Of a DNA stretch of 64,000 nucleotides, positions 36,651 through 50,261 are shown one piece after another (within the stretch, counting starts at the first letter, position 1; every line of letters begins with the position of its first letter). The DNA lies in the NCBI RefSeq assembly GCF_001194135.2, contig NC_068991.1:77432881-77496880 (forward strand), written 5' to 3'. The position numbers and the translations under genes were made by a program. Below the pieces are notes generated by a model. It had not been told where the DNA came from, made no database searches, and saw only the letters and a program-made list of their open reading frames with translations. The DNA is from Octopus bimaculoides (Eukaryota).

Positions 36651-39600
36651 TTTTCTCAGAGAGAGAGAGAAGGGGTGGGAGACAAGGAGAGAGAGAAACA
36701 GTGAGAGAAACAGTGAGAGAGACAAAGAGAGAGAAAGAAAGTTGTAATGATAGTAACAATAATTGTAGTAGAAGTAGTAGTAGTTGTGGTGGTGACTGTT
36801 GCAACTATTCTAAAATTGAACTCCTGTGTTCGTAGTTTTCCTGTTTCCATTGCAACCATCCACTCTCACTGTCAGAAACAACAACCACAACTATATAGGG
36901 GCTGGGCATTCCATTGGTTAGGGCGACGAGTGTTCCAGGTGATTTGATCAGCAAAACACCTTGCTCATGAAATGAACGAGCAAGTGGCTGAGTACTCCAC
37001 AGACTCACATAACTCTTAATGTAGTTCTTAGGGAGATTCAGTGTAACATACCAAATGTGACAAGGCTGGCCAAATATTAAAAAAGGATGCTAGCTGGTGA
37101 TCTTTGAATGGAATCCACCCAACTACAGGTGCTCCTTTTCACTCTTGATACCAAAAAGGCACTGAAGCTGTGATTGGCCCATTAGAAAACTGTAACTAAT
37201 AACACAATTATTTACAAACTGTAATAAAAAAGAAAAACTGCCACAAAATGTGTTGAGGTTAAAGTTTACCTGTAAAGAATAAGTGATATCTGCATGTAGT
37301 TTTATTGCAATTAAATTAACCTGATTGCAATTTATTATATGAATGTTATGTCATTTTGCATACATGATCATATCCACCCACTTGCCTCATTTGTCTCACT
37401 TCCTGCCACCCTTAATATATTTCAAGCTACCTTTGAGAACTGGGTACAATGCATTCTGTTCAGTTCTTTGTTCTTAAAATTGCATTTCTTTGAAATTCCT
37501 TCTTTCATTTATGTTTTCCTTCCTACAACTAACAGTGAAAGATAAAAGCAAGCATTAAGTGCACAAGCACCATCTAAAAAGTCCTACACTTGATTCAAAG
37601 AGGACCCTGTTTACTCAAAACTCAACAATTCAGAATATTGTAATAGACGCCATAATGATGACCCTTATTTCTTAGATTAAAAAAAAAATCAAATTTAGTG
37701 AGGCTCTGTGTTCAACCTTAATGACATGCACTATTATAATGCATTATAAATCTCAAAGTAAATTATTTCTCCCTTGTACATTATTTGTAATGGCAAGGTT
37801 AGTGCCTCCACACCTATTTCATATTTGATTATTTGGCTTCACTTCAGCAAGAATATAACGCACTGTTTTCTAAAGACATGGTTGTTTCATTATACAAAAA
37901 TATAACAGAATTTGTTAAAATGAGTTAAGTTATGGTTCCATAAGTTCTTAACTTTTTGGTGATGGTTCTTCTTCCAAATTTATTAACTCACTTCTTCCAC
38001 GCTATCATGAACCAATAATTCTTTTTTCAAATTTTTGCACAGATCATTAAATACATTCTTCAGATTCTTGTGCAGACCATCAATACTTTGTTCAGGTTCT
38101 AGCATAGATTTCTTCAAATTCCAGCATAGACCAAGGATACTCTCTTCAAGTTTTCACATAAACCATCAAATTTCAAGGAATGACCGATTTAAACTTTTTT
38201 GATGCTTCAGTCATTTCAAATTCAAATTTCAACATGTTCAGATTTTCTTTTCTTCGATTATCCAGATTTATCACCAATAAAAGAAGCATAAGTAATATCC
38301 AGGGATTAATTCAATCAAAGATGACAACTCCCTTCACAATAATAGCATCTAGCCTTGTACCTAGTCAAAAGAAATCCATATATATTCATTGATGCAAGAA
38401 CAAAGTATTTTTTTATCTCCATTCTATCTCCTTCTGCTACTTTTAGCTGTAAATCCATTTTTGTACAAACAGCTGAACAGTTGGGAAAAAAGGTGGGAAA
38501 GGATTTTCTTTTATAGAAGTGTAACAAAGCATTTGATGGAATTGCTTGTAAAAGCCTTGAAATCGTAAGACAATGCCAACACTGGAAAGCAAAATAGAAG
38601 TGGGGGGGGGGGATAAATATAAAAATCCACAAAAATCCATCTTTAGAGATTACATCACTAACCTCATTCTCAATCAAAAACAAATGAAACTATAATATAG
38701 CCATCATGCATGCACATAAATACATATACATACATATATGCACAATAAAATATACATAGCTAACTACAATGTCTATATTTCTGTGTTTATTTGTGTACAC
38801 AGGAAATAACCTTATTTATATGTACACACAGTCACACACACATGTGTGTCTGTGTATGCGAAAGCACTGACACACTCAATATATAAATGCACACATACAC
38901 GTTGACATGCACACACACTCACACACATTGACATGCATACATAGCTACATATTTCTTTACATTCTGATTATGTTTACAAACCATGTTGAACAATGGAGGA
39001 AAATTATGTTATTCTCAATTACTCAAGCAATTATCAGCTAAAATTGTTAATAAGCAAACAAAATCAAATATTTATTCCATTCGTTTCTGTCTCATCAAAC
39101 ATCTCCTCCACCAACGCCACCACCATCTACTCAGTCATTTCTCAGTGTTTTCTCCTCGTTTAATTTAAATCATCCCCATATGTAATGGCATTATTGCTTT
39201 ACATAATCATGCCTCTGTGATTATTTTGCTTTGGGGGTGGATGGAGTTACTGTTGTCTTCTGATTGTTATCACCAAATGACCTTCAAACAGAAATGCTGC
39301 ATGCTGCTTGTTTCCAAACATCTCTACTTTGCAAGAACGTTTTATCAAACTGGTTAATACGATCGCAAAACACCACCAGTCATTGGTCAGTGATTGCAAC
39401 TCACCTCTCACAACTAAATGTACATTTCCACCATTGCCAATTAACAACAATCCACTATTAAAATACACAACGAGCTCTTTATCAGTAAAACATGAATGAA
39501 AGTGCATAACCTAATGGTTAAAGTGTTGGGGCATAATCATAAGGTTGTGGGTTCAATCTATAGACCAGGCACCATGTATCCTTGAGCAAAACACTTTATT

Positions 39601-42294
39601 TCATGTTGCCCCATGTTGCCTACTCAGCTGAGTATCAGCCTAGTGTTGGTGCAACCCTCTTCTCTTCCAGCTGCCACACTCTGGAATGGTTTCTGCTGGA
39701 ATGGTTGAAAGGGTGCCAATGACTGCTCATGAGTACACAGGCACCTAAAAGTATTAGTGAAAGCATCATAATGCTACCTGAACATATTCTTTTGTGAGTA
39801 ATGCTTTTTTTTTGTTTTTATGATGCTACTAAGAAACAAGTTGTAACTTACTGTGACTGTTGAATTTTATTGGCTTCCTTTCTCAAATGATGGTCAACCT
39901 CTGCCATAGTATGTTGATAGCCACCAATTTTTCAGAATATAACCAAGCTTTTCAAGAGCTCTCTAAACAGACTCTACTGCAATATCCTGTTAGTTCCTAA
40001 CATCAAAATGCAATTATCCTTAACCATCAAATTTTACTAACTTTTCTCTAAAAGCAAATAACACTTCTAATCTCTCATGATATGGAACTAACTTTCATTA
40101 TTAAAATAAAACCTTTATCATCAAACACTATCTGGTTTTATTATTAAAAAACAACAAACTCATTCGTCAAAGCATTCTAAATCCTTTTCCAATTTCATGA
40201 CTGAATGCCATCAGCTTTTAGCATCGAACGCAACCAAATACCTTTTAAAACATTGTCAATTACATCTATGAAAGCTTTAACAATTTCCTTTAACCTACTG
40301 ACCTTCATTTTCAGAATGTATCATCTAACACAAATAAGTGAGAGGGTTTTATGTAGTCAGTTTACTTGCTCCATTTAGCACCTAAATCTTCCCATAACCA
40401 GCATCTTGTCATCTTTAAAATGGCAAATATTTTTGATTTAGTTCTTAAAATCGAGGACAGTACCACTCTAACAATAAAGATGACAACATCACAACTAGAA
40501 TTTGCATTAGGTGAATCTAGAAAATATTTGTACTTACATATCTTAATGTTCTGAAATTTTGAATGTTTTTTGACTTTGTGTCGGTTACAGGTGTCTGCTT
40601 TAGAATGGTTGATTGTGATTGTGCTGCTCAACAACGTCAATAATTTTTACCATAAAACGTGTTTGTCAAATCTGGAAAGCTTCACACATTCTTTTTAAAA
40701 ACTTGCAATTGATAGAAAAGTTGTGAAAGGTACCTCTGCCTAAAACATTGATTAAATCGATGCTTCTTGAGTAATGTGTGAAGTTGTTTGATTATCTCAT
40801 TTGGAATTTCAATGGCATTTGTTTTCCTTACTGGAACCCCTTATAAGAGCATGGACACTACAGCTCTTACTTTCCATCCTATAACCTGGCTGGTTCTATG
40901 AAGGTTCAACTGATTCAGATATCTCATCACTCTTAGAATGTTTCACAAACTCTCCAACCTTTTTAATAAATATTTGTCAAAACCATCTTCTGTAGAATTG
41001 TATCGTGAATCCCTAGTCCGTATTTCCCATCATTCACCAAGATTTCACACTGAATATTAATCACATTAATCTTGTCCATTTATTCCTATCTAAGTATCAC
41101 AGAACATCAAAGACCAATCCTCTTCTTCCTGACTAATTAAGTTAAAAATTGAAGTTTTGTTTGAATAACATCAAATACAATTGACTCTTTCTTGTGAGTT
41201 ATTCGAACATATATTAAAGAATCACTCTGAAAGGGAGTTGTGAAATCACTTCAGTACCGAAATAACTGGCAGTGTGAATGCAGCAGAAAACTGAAAAGGC
41301 TTTAGCAATAAAAATATGCTCAGCGCTACTTTGAGGAGGCACCGTTTATGGATAAACTGGAAGAAAATCTGGTTAGGAGCCTGTGGTGGATGAGTGGTGT
41401 AAAGAGGATGGAATGTTGAATAAGTTGAGAGAAATCAAGAGTTAGAAACAGCAAAAAAAAAACGCTGTTTGTGACTGGAGTGCAGACTGTGCTAAAGATG
41501 CTGAATGTTGTGGATGGTTGGGATGAGTTTGAGATAAGCATAGTTGAAAGACTAATAATCTCTAGTGATCCTAACTCTGCTTTGTTTGTTGTTGAGAATC
41601 TTATATCCAGTGCACAATCTTGTCTGTCTCTTCACTACAGAATCATTGTTTCATCTTTGGAGTTATTCCTTTGTTTTAGTAGTGGTAGTAGTAGTAGTAT
41701 TGGTGGCAACAGCAGTCCTCATGATATTTCAATATTCTCACCATTTTTTTCTTTTACATGAATATCCCCAGCGTCATGCTATTATTAGCATTATCTTGTT
41801 TTTTTCCTTCGTATTTCATGGTTTGGGACAAGCATCAAGGTAATCTTTTAAAACATAAACATGTGGAAGCACTGTAATATAAGTATCATCATCATCATCA
41901 TCGTTTAATGTCTGCTTTCCATGCTGGACGGTTTGACTGAGGACTGGCAAGCCAGGAGGCCAAGCTCCAATCTGATCTGGTAATGTTTCTACACCTGGAT
42001 GCCCTTCCTAACACCAAAATGGTTAACAAAAAAGTATTCAGCTTTATTACTGTTGTTGCTATTGTTTTTGTTGTTATTGTTGCTGTGTTGGATACGATAT
42101 CCTGTCACATTTAGTTGCATCCCTTTACATTCTGAGTTCAAATTCAGCCAAGATCCACTTTATCTTTCATCTCTTCGAAGGGTAAGTGATAAAATAAAGA
42201 AGCTGTTATGAAGTGGGGTTGATGGTATCAACTACCACTCCCCTAAATTTCAAGCTATGTGAAAAGCAATTATTATTATTATTATTATTAAGGT

Positions 42295-42485
42295 GTTGGT
42301 GGCACATAAAAAGCACCCACTATACTCTCGGAGTGGTTGGCACTAGGAAAGGCATCCAGCTGTAGAAACCTGGGCAGATCAGATTGGGGCCTGGTGCAGC
42401 CATCTGGTTCGCCAGTCCTCAGTCATTCTGTCCAACCCATACCAGCATGGAAGGTGGATGTTAAACGACGACGATGATGATGATG
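42295..42485 (+). mobile_element. RTE 3' UTR / RTE-tailed SINE fragment
   Basis: ggcacataaaaagcacccactatactctcggagtggttggcactaggaaaggcatccagctgtagaaac...catggaaggtggatgttaaacgacgacgatgatgatgatg. Related pieces occur near 41885, 54205 and 55175 in the opposite orientation. Confidence 0.8.
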
Positions 42486-42690
42486 GTGTTGGATTGGCAG
42501 AATCATTACAGTATCAAACAAAATGTTTTGTGGTATTTCTTTCAGCTCTCTAGATTCTGAGTTCAAATCCTGCTGAGGTCAACTTCATTTTTCATCCCTC
42601 TTGAGCTAGTAAAATAGATAACGAGTCAAGTACATTAGTCAATGGTATTCCTTAACCCCTTCCTCTCAAGACTTGTGCCTAAATTACAAA
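42486..42690 (+). mobile_element. SINE family B
   Basis: ttggcagaatcattac...ttctgagttcaaatcctgctgaggtcaacttcatttttcatccc. Confidence 0.7.
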
Positions 42691-45600
42691 TAATAATTAT
42701 CATTATTAACAGAGGTAATATAAGATTGATGAAATCAGTACAAGTCATGTTTTAGTAGTCAGTTCAGTTAACTCTGTCTCTTCCCACCATTGTGTCAATG
42801 GACAATAATCATCAATGTTCTATGGTGAGTACTGTAGAATAATAGCCAGTTCCTGTAGTTTGGGGAACAAAATCCAGTCTTGATTCATGGTTAAAACAAC
42901 TTCACTTCATTTATGTTGATAATACCCTTGAGACAAGCAACAAATATCAGACAATATGAATGAAACCCATTATTGGTACTATTTTATTGACGCCAGAGAG
43001 ATAAAAGACAAAGGTTACTCTAATGGGAGATCAGAATGTTAAAGGATATTACTATATACTGCAAGGCATTAAGTATGGCACTCTACCAGTTCTCTTGACA
43101 CATCATCCTGATATTATCAATGATAGTGGTGGTGGTGATGGTGGTGGTGGTGGTGGTGGTGGTGGTGGTGGTGGCAGTGGCAATATTTCTCATTGGATTA
43201 AAGCCACACATTTGTTGGGGAGGAATAAAGTCAATTGAAGTGAACTCCACCTAACTACAATATTTTTCGCTTTAGCTTTTATCTCCTGCCCGGTTCCACT
43301 TGACATCCAATTGGACGTTTTTTTGTTATTTCACCTTAACCAAATCTCCTCTAATCAAATGCTACACAAACCAATGAGGGCCTCTATATGATTGTTTGTA
43401 AGGTCAGTTTCTTAAGCACTGTTATACCCATTGTAGGCTTTCGTCTTCATAGCTATAGTCCAAGACTGTAAGGTTCTCTTCCTTCATCTTTCAACAACCA
43501 GATTTATTTTGACCATGGAGTGGAATTGCGGCTGTTCCTGTCCTTGAATGAATGGGCAGACTGTGTTTACCAAGCCGCAAATAAAATTTTATGAAATTGA
43601 TGTATGTTGTTTTCCATACCATCTGTAATTAATACTTGATTTTTAGACACCAGTTCCTTCAAGAGGTATTTATTACTAACAGGATAATTAGTTGTTATTC
43701 AACTGCTGCTACATTTAATGCAAGAGTGGATGAATAGGAGCTCTTACCACTTGAATGTGGTTGGAAACCTGAAATTCTATATTACTTAAGCATCTATTAC
43801 TTTATATTAAACATTTATTAAAAATTTATATTAAAATTTTTATGTTATCTATGGAATGCTTGGAAGTGCATCCTTTATCAGAGTAAGTAAGAACGACAGT
43901 ATACTTAGTGAAATGCTTATACAGTATGTTTATACAGTATGGTAGGTTAATCCATATTAATTGAGTCTTCAGTTAATCTTGTTGGGAATGGTTCTGTATA
44001 TTCTATCTTGGCATTGAAACTGTTTCTGTCTGTTCTTTACTATAGCATGAAGCAGTTTTATAAAATATGTCCTTGTCTGTTGTTAATTTGTGTAAGATAA
44101 ACGGGAATTGATACTCTAAACTAAAATTGCTCAGCCTCCTACTGACCAATATATCTATGGATATATATATGCATAGATATATCTATGGATATATCTATGC
44201 ATACATATCATCCCTGTACCATTGTTAATATCACTGTTGTCATCATTTTGCCTCTGCTCTCCATGTTGATGTGATTTGAACTGATCATTGCAGTCTGAGA
44301 CTTATCTAGAGTTATTGCACTCATGTGGGCCAACAGAACATGTCTCACTTGTACATTCCATTGTTGGCTTAGTTTTTGCTGTTGGATGTTCTTTCTAACA
44401 CCAAATACATTAGTGAGTGTATTGAGTGCATATTGTCAAGGTACCTGCATTGAAATTGTTATAACATTGTTGAAAATCTGAAGGATCTTCTCAATCCAAC
44501 ATTTTTCCTATTCATTTTCCAACAACTTTGGAAAGAAAACTCTGTGAATTTTTATTGTGAAGCCAGTACTGGAGGGGTTTCCTTGTCCTCAGTAAGCCAA
44601 AGAGTACTCTACATCTTATGTTGTGACAGAAAGATCCAATGGAAGAAGGTGAAAAAAGAGAGTATGAATATGTTGGCAGAAACAGAGTGATGGGAGAGAG
44701 ATGAATGACTTTGAATGAGTTTAGTTTCGTTGTAACCTGGACATTCACTTTGAAGTACCACTGTTTGGATTTTCCTCTTCATCGTGGAGGGTTGCAGTTT
44801 AAACAGTATTAACAATTCTCACTACTTATGTGCTGAAATATTATTCTGGTTTTCATAACCAACATAAAGATTTGGCTGATCTGACAGCACTCACAACACT
44901 TGCAAATATATCTGAAAGAAAATGTTATTCTGGTTATTACAACAAATTTGGAAACTTGGTGAAGTAGAAAGCCTTAGCAGCTCTTTCAATATAATTACAG
45001 AAATGTTATTCCAGTCCTTATAAATGCTGTTTTAACAGTCCTAGCATCTTTATCTTATTCCTGCTACGCTGTTTTAACAGTGTTAGTATTCAACACTATG
45101 CAACCTTTTTTACTGCATTACTCAGCATTTATTATACAGAATATAACCTTACACAGTTAAAATATGTAGTGATGTGAAATTAATTTATGTCTTGCTACAC
45201 ACATCCTTCCCCAAATGTTTTAAATTAATTAACGTTCACAACAGCAACATATTCCTTTGTACACACTTTGTTCAGCGTTTGTTTAAAAATTGTAAAATAA
45301 TAAATTACTTTTGTATGAATAATTGAATTATGCCTTCTGAATTTTCTTGGAGCCTCACTTTCATCACCACAACATTCAATCCTGAATTTTATAACATTTA
45401 GTACATATTCCAAATAAATGTTGACTTTCTGTACTTCGTTACATTGGTGACATAGTAATTTTTGCTAAATTGGTGTCTTTCCAACACTGGAATATTTCTT
45501 TTGGAAATATTCCCTAAAAATTGTTTTTATAGCATAACTATGCTACAGAAAGTATGTTTTGCACCTATATTGACTACATTTCATTTTGCTTGAACTTTGT

Positions 45601-45734
45601 GTGTGTACGTTTTGCTGTTTTCAATATTATCAATTCTATGATTGTCTATATATCTGTGAGTGTGTGTGTGTTTGTGCATTATGTCTATAGTAAACTATAG
45701 TAAAGGACATTTTATACTGTTTTAGTGAGCTCAC

Positions 45735-47075
45735 ATGTAATGAAGTAGCCTTCGTTATGGTAGGTGATCCCCATGAAAATCATGATATTCTCATTAGTGC
45801 CATAAGCATGTTTCAGAGACTCATCCCTCTCATGATGCTCTCCAGTATCCTCTTATTCTGTGGAATGGACAAGATGGGTATCATTTCAATATTCCACAGA
45901 TTGAACCTGCAACAGGAGAGCCAATTACAAACAAAAAGGTGTCATCAAATGACTTGTATTCTTACCAACTGATGTTCAGACCAGAACAGTCAAATCAATT
46001 ACACCTGTATCATGATCTACTTCAGCAATACCTGGTTGATGTCTACGCTGAAGTTGCGAGTCAGCGTCTCCTCTACATTCGCAGCAATTGGAAAAAGTTA
46101 ATGGCTAAAAATTATGTTCATCTCCAAAATGCCCTGAGGACAGATGGTGATATTTGATATTCAGAATACGGGGCAACATATTATCCTCCCACCATTATTC
46201 ACAGATGGTCCTCAATATATGCACAAATGAACACAAGATGCTATGACATATGTCACGACAAATGGAAAAGCAGATCAAAAGCTTTAAAAAAATCGTACAT
46301 TTGGAGACATGTGAAAAGACTTCATCTTACAAGTAACATCAGAGTACTTCTACAAGATAATCGTACGAGGTTCTTAAGATTGGTAATGGGATATTAACAT
46401 TCAACTCAAGACTTCAGTTACATGAAATTATATGCGGTTAAATGACACTTTCTCTTATGAATCTTGTGGATAAAGTGTTTCCTAATTTATCTGTCAATTA
46501 CACTGATGTAAACTATGTGAAAGAGTTTTACTAGCTCCAACTAATGAAATGGTTGATAAACTCAATCATAAACTTCTTCAAAAGTTAACAAATACATCAG
46601 AAATGACTTTTCAATCAACTGACAACAGTTGATCAAAATCAGGTTGTTCAATCCCCTGTTGGATTTCTGAACCCACTTAAATCCACTGGGATGCCACCAC
46701 ATAACTTGACACTAAAACTGGGTGCTCCCATTATGTTGCTTAAGAATCTTGACCCATCTCACCTGTGGAATGGAACTTGCTTAATTGTTATTTCCATGCA
46801 GCCACATGTCCGACAGGCAACAATCCTAACAGGTAGTCACAAAGGAGAGAATGTCTTTATTCCCAAAATTCCTCTTATACCTACAGATGTTCCATTTGAA
46901 TTTAAAATGCTTCAGTTTCCAATCAAACTAGGTTTTGGTATGTCAATTAACAAATGTCTGGGTTAATCCCTCAAGATAGTTGGACTTGATCTCTCTACTA
47001 CATGCTTCTCCCATGGCCATCTCTATGTTGCTTACTTGCGAGTTGGAAGCAGCAACAATTTATACATTTCAACAC
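45735..47075 (+). mobile_element. Helitron RepHel relic with a large internal deletion
   Basis: The N-terminal block ISETHPSHDALQYPL...GQDGYH...KKVSS..LYSYQLMFR...LLQQYLVDVYA....QRLLYIR...IILPP.FT.GPQYM...QDAMTYV is typical of Helitron Rep. The C-terminal block LAPTNE.VD.LN...GMPPH.L.LK.GAPIMLLKNLDP..L.NGT...IPKIPLIP...FEFK.LQFPIKL.F.MSINK..G.SL..VGLDL...CFSHG.LYVA..RV is a PIF1-type helicase. Stops and frameshifts are present. Confidence 0.95.
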
Positions 47076-47484
47076 TAACAAAAAATTGTTGTCCTGAGAT
47101 GCTTCAAGATCGACAGATTTTCAGTCCTAAATTCTATTGTCATTACAACTTGGATATTGTTTAATAAAATATAGATGTTTTGAAATAATTATGAGAATAT
47201 ATCATTATATTTATTATTTACTAATCTGAATAAGAACAANNNNNNNNNNNNNNNNNNNNNNNNNNNNNNNNNNNNNNNNNNNNNNNNNNNNNNNNNNNNN
47301 NNNNNNNNNNNNNNNNATATATATATATATAATCATAAATATATAGGGATTAGCATTATCATGCTTCTCCAACATACTGAGAATTCAGAAATAGCAGCCA
47401 AAGAACTACTGATTCCAAAACTACAAATTTTTCTGTAAATTGATAGCGATATTCATGGTACACACAGAACAATTGAAGTAATAT

Positions 47485-47875
47485 GAGTAACAATTGAAGG
47501 ACTGGTGTCAATCCATTATGGCCATTTCTAATGAATTTAGAATTGATCAATGAGTATACGACATCATTATAAAAAAACATTCTCTTCAAATGAATACATA
47601 AATTTTACAATTAAGGATATTTAAAATAATCTAAAATCTATGGCACATATTTAGTGATTCCACGACTGGCTCTTGCTGCAGAATCACTAAATATGTATGA
47701 GCGATGGATTTTAAATTATTTTAAGTTATTTTAAATGCCCTTCATTGTAAAATCCTTGTATTCATCTGAAGAAATTTTTTTTTTTTAGAATGATGTAATA
47801 TACTCATTTATCAATTAAAGAAAAATCATTTGAAATGACTGTAATGGATTGCCACCTGTCCATCAATTGTTATTT
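47485..47875. repeat. Long imperfect inverted repeat (about 190-bp arms)
   Basis: Matching blocks: aacaattgaaggactggtgtcaatccatt / aatggattgccacctgtccatcaattgtt; attgatcaatgagtatacgacatcatt / aatgatgtaatatactcatttatcaat; catatttagtgattc / gaatcactaaatatg. Centre is near 47670-47690. Confidence 0.8.
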
Positions 47876-48147
47876 ATTTTTAATTCACCTCTATTAGAAC
47901 CTCCCCCACCCCACATGTATTCTGAAGTATATTATGGACTGTATATTTAATAAAATGTCCATGTCTGAATAGCTCATGACGAGATTATATTCTCAGTTGG
48001 GTCCAATTAACTGCATTCAATACCCGAATATCATTCTGCCAGTACTTCTGTACCAAGGTTAGGATTAATATAAAGATTGTAATGCATTTTATTCCAACCT
48101 AACTAGGTGCCTCACAGTTTAAGTACCTCAACTGAACCTTGTTATAT

Positions 48148-48198
<51 letters not shown>

Positions 48199-48326
48199 CT
48201 TTATTCCTGTGTTTATTTATAAGAACAATGTTTATAGTTACAAAATAAAGTATTGAGTACTTCAGGAAGAAGACTCTGCTATATTCTTCGTTGGGTGGTT
48301 AACTCTGTAAACTGTTCACCTAATAA

Positions 48327-48371
<45 letters not shown>

Positions 48372-48689
48372 ATGCATGTGTGCACATGTGCATGCGTATA
48401 CTGTTTAAACAAGTATATAAAAAGTAAATGATGGGAGAATGTCATTAATAGAAATGATAAAATCAAAGACAACGGCTATTTTTGCCTTGTTGCAGATATT
48501 TATTAGATTAATATAATTTATGTATTCAGATTCATTAAGGTTTTTGTCAAACAATCAAGTGGAAAGTTTAACTCTGGAAATCTTTATGAACACCAATGTA
48601 TTAACCAAATACAAATCTGTAGAATACAAAAATAGCTGTTATCTATGTTTGCATAATTTCTACTAATGACATAGAATAACAATAATAAA

Positions 48690-48724
<35 letters not shown>

Positions 48725-48731
48725 TAATAAA

Positions 48732-48780
<49 letters not shown>

Positions 48781-48834
48781 GTAATAATAATAACCACAAC
48801 TTTCTCTCACTCTTTCTTTTTGTTTCTGTTGTAC

Positions 48835-49135
48835 CTGTATTTCAAAAGGCCAGCCTTATCACACTCTGCGTCACGCTGAATCTCCCTGAGAACTATGTTA
48901 AGGAGACATGTGTCTGTGGAGTGCTCAGCCACTTGCACGTTAATAAATGAGCTGCGATGTCACTGGTGCCAAGCTGTATCGTTCTTTGCCTTTCCCTTGG
49001 ATAACATCAGTGGTGTGGAGAGGGGAGGCTGGTATGCATGGGCGACTGCTGGTCTTCCATAAACAGCCTTGCCCAGACTTGTGCCTTGGAGGGTAACTTT
49101 CTAGGTGCAATCCCATGGTCATTCATGACCGAAGG
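48835..49135 (-). mobile_element. Interspersed repeat of unassigned class (relatives at about 36930-37075 and 63825-64000)
   Basis: Shared block aagtggctgag(c/t)actccacagac...ttctcagggagattcagcgtgac...tgtgacaaggctggcc appears three times in the window. Confidence 0.7.
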
Positions 49136-49395
49136 GGATCACTACAGTACAACAATAATAATAGCAGGAGTATTAGGTATGATAAAAAATAAATACACAC
49201 AAATACATAACAAAAATATCAGGACTAACAAGTATATATTACAGAAAATACCACTACTAGGCACACATCCTACGCAAAACACTTTCATTACAGTAAAAAT
49301 TAGAGCATCACAACAATCCACAGCACATACCCAGGCACACAGAGCTGCGCTCGGTGCTGCAGTGAAAGCACGTGATAAAAATAAGACTACTGAAC

Positions 49396-49429
<34 letters not shown>

Positions 49430-49446
49430 TTTCAGAAGATGTATCA

Positions 49447-49512
<66 letters not shown>

Positions 49513-50204
49513 ATGCGTGCATACATACACACATTCACATATTCATTCATTCATTCAATGTGTTCCAATCAGTTTAGAGTTGCCTTGGCTGGTAATGAAA
49601 AGAGTCCAAAAGCCTGAAATGCATTTACCAGTCCATAGGGGATACTCTGAACTGACTTTTGTGGTTTTAACATGTTCTGCTCTGCCTAAAGCAGAAATTT
49701 TTCCCCATGTCAAAGCACAGTGAAAAGGCCTCTTTAGAGGTTTGGGACATATTTGAATTGATCTACAGTTTGTTTGCTTTAGATCACTGCTTCGTATATC
49801 ACACATACAAGTTTGGGCAGAGTTCCTTGCTACCAATTTCACTCATAAGGCATTGGTCAACACAATGTTCTGCTAGAAAATTCTTCACTTACCCAAAACA
49901 CCACACAGTGGCACCAAGCAAGGAACCGTGTGGTTGCAAAGGAAACTTCTTCAGCATGTATTGAGTTCTTTTTTGCTCATTTGCAAAATAAAATTTGATA
50001 AATGAGAGATCTATGTCTTGAAAGTGAAATTTGGTAAACAGAATCTTTACGGAAGCCTTTTTTGTTTTGCAATGGAGAAGTTTGTTTCCCAATCACTTGG
50101 CTTTGTTCTCAGTCCTACAGTATGGCACTTTCTACAGCAACCCCAGGTTCATACAACCCCAAAGCCTTATGAGTGGATTTGGTGGACAGAAACTGAAAAA
50201 ATCC

Positions 50205-50261
<57 letters not shown>

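Noticed and set aside
39505-39575. tRNA-like sequence (also 19215-19290 and the SINE heads)
   Set aside because: It has A/B-box-like motifs but no complete cloverleaf, and it continues into SINE body sequence.
18262-40535. Scattered minus-strand GTRAG donors (near 18265, 20230, 25503, 39400 and 40530)
   Set aside because: These are expected by chance in 64 kb. They could not be chained into a coherent reading frame, and the best-flanked one (about 42 nt near 18265) has stops in all frames.
39850-41100. Possible very old LINE endonuclease remnant on the minus strand (GKYGLG-like, IDYI-like)
   Set aside because: Motif spacing is inconsistent and similarity is too weak to annotate without a profile search.
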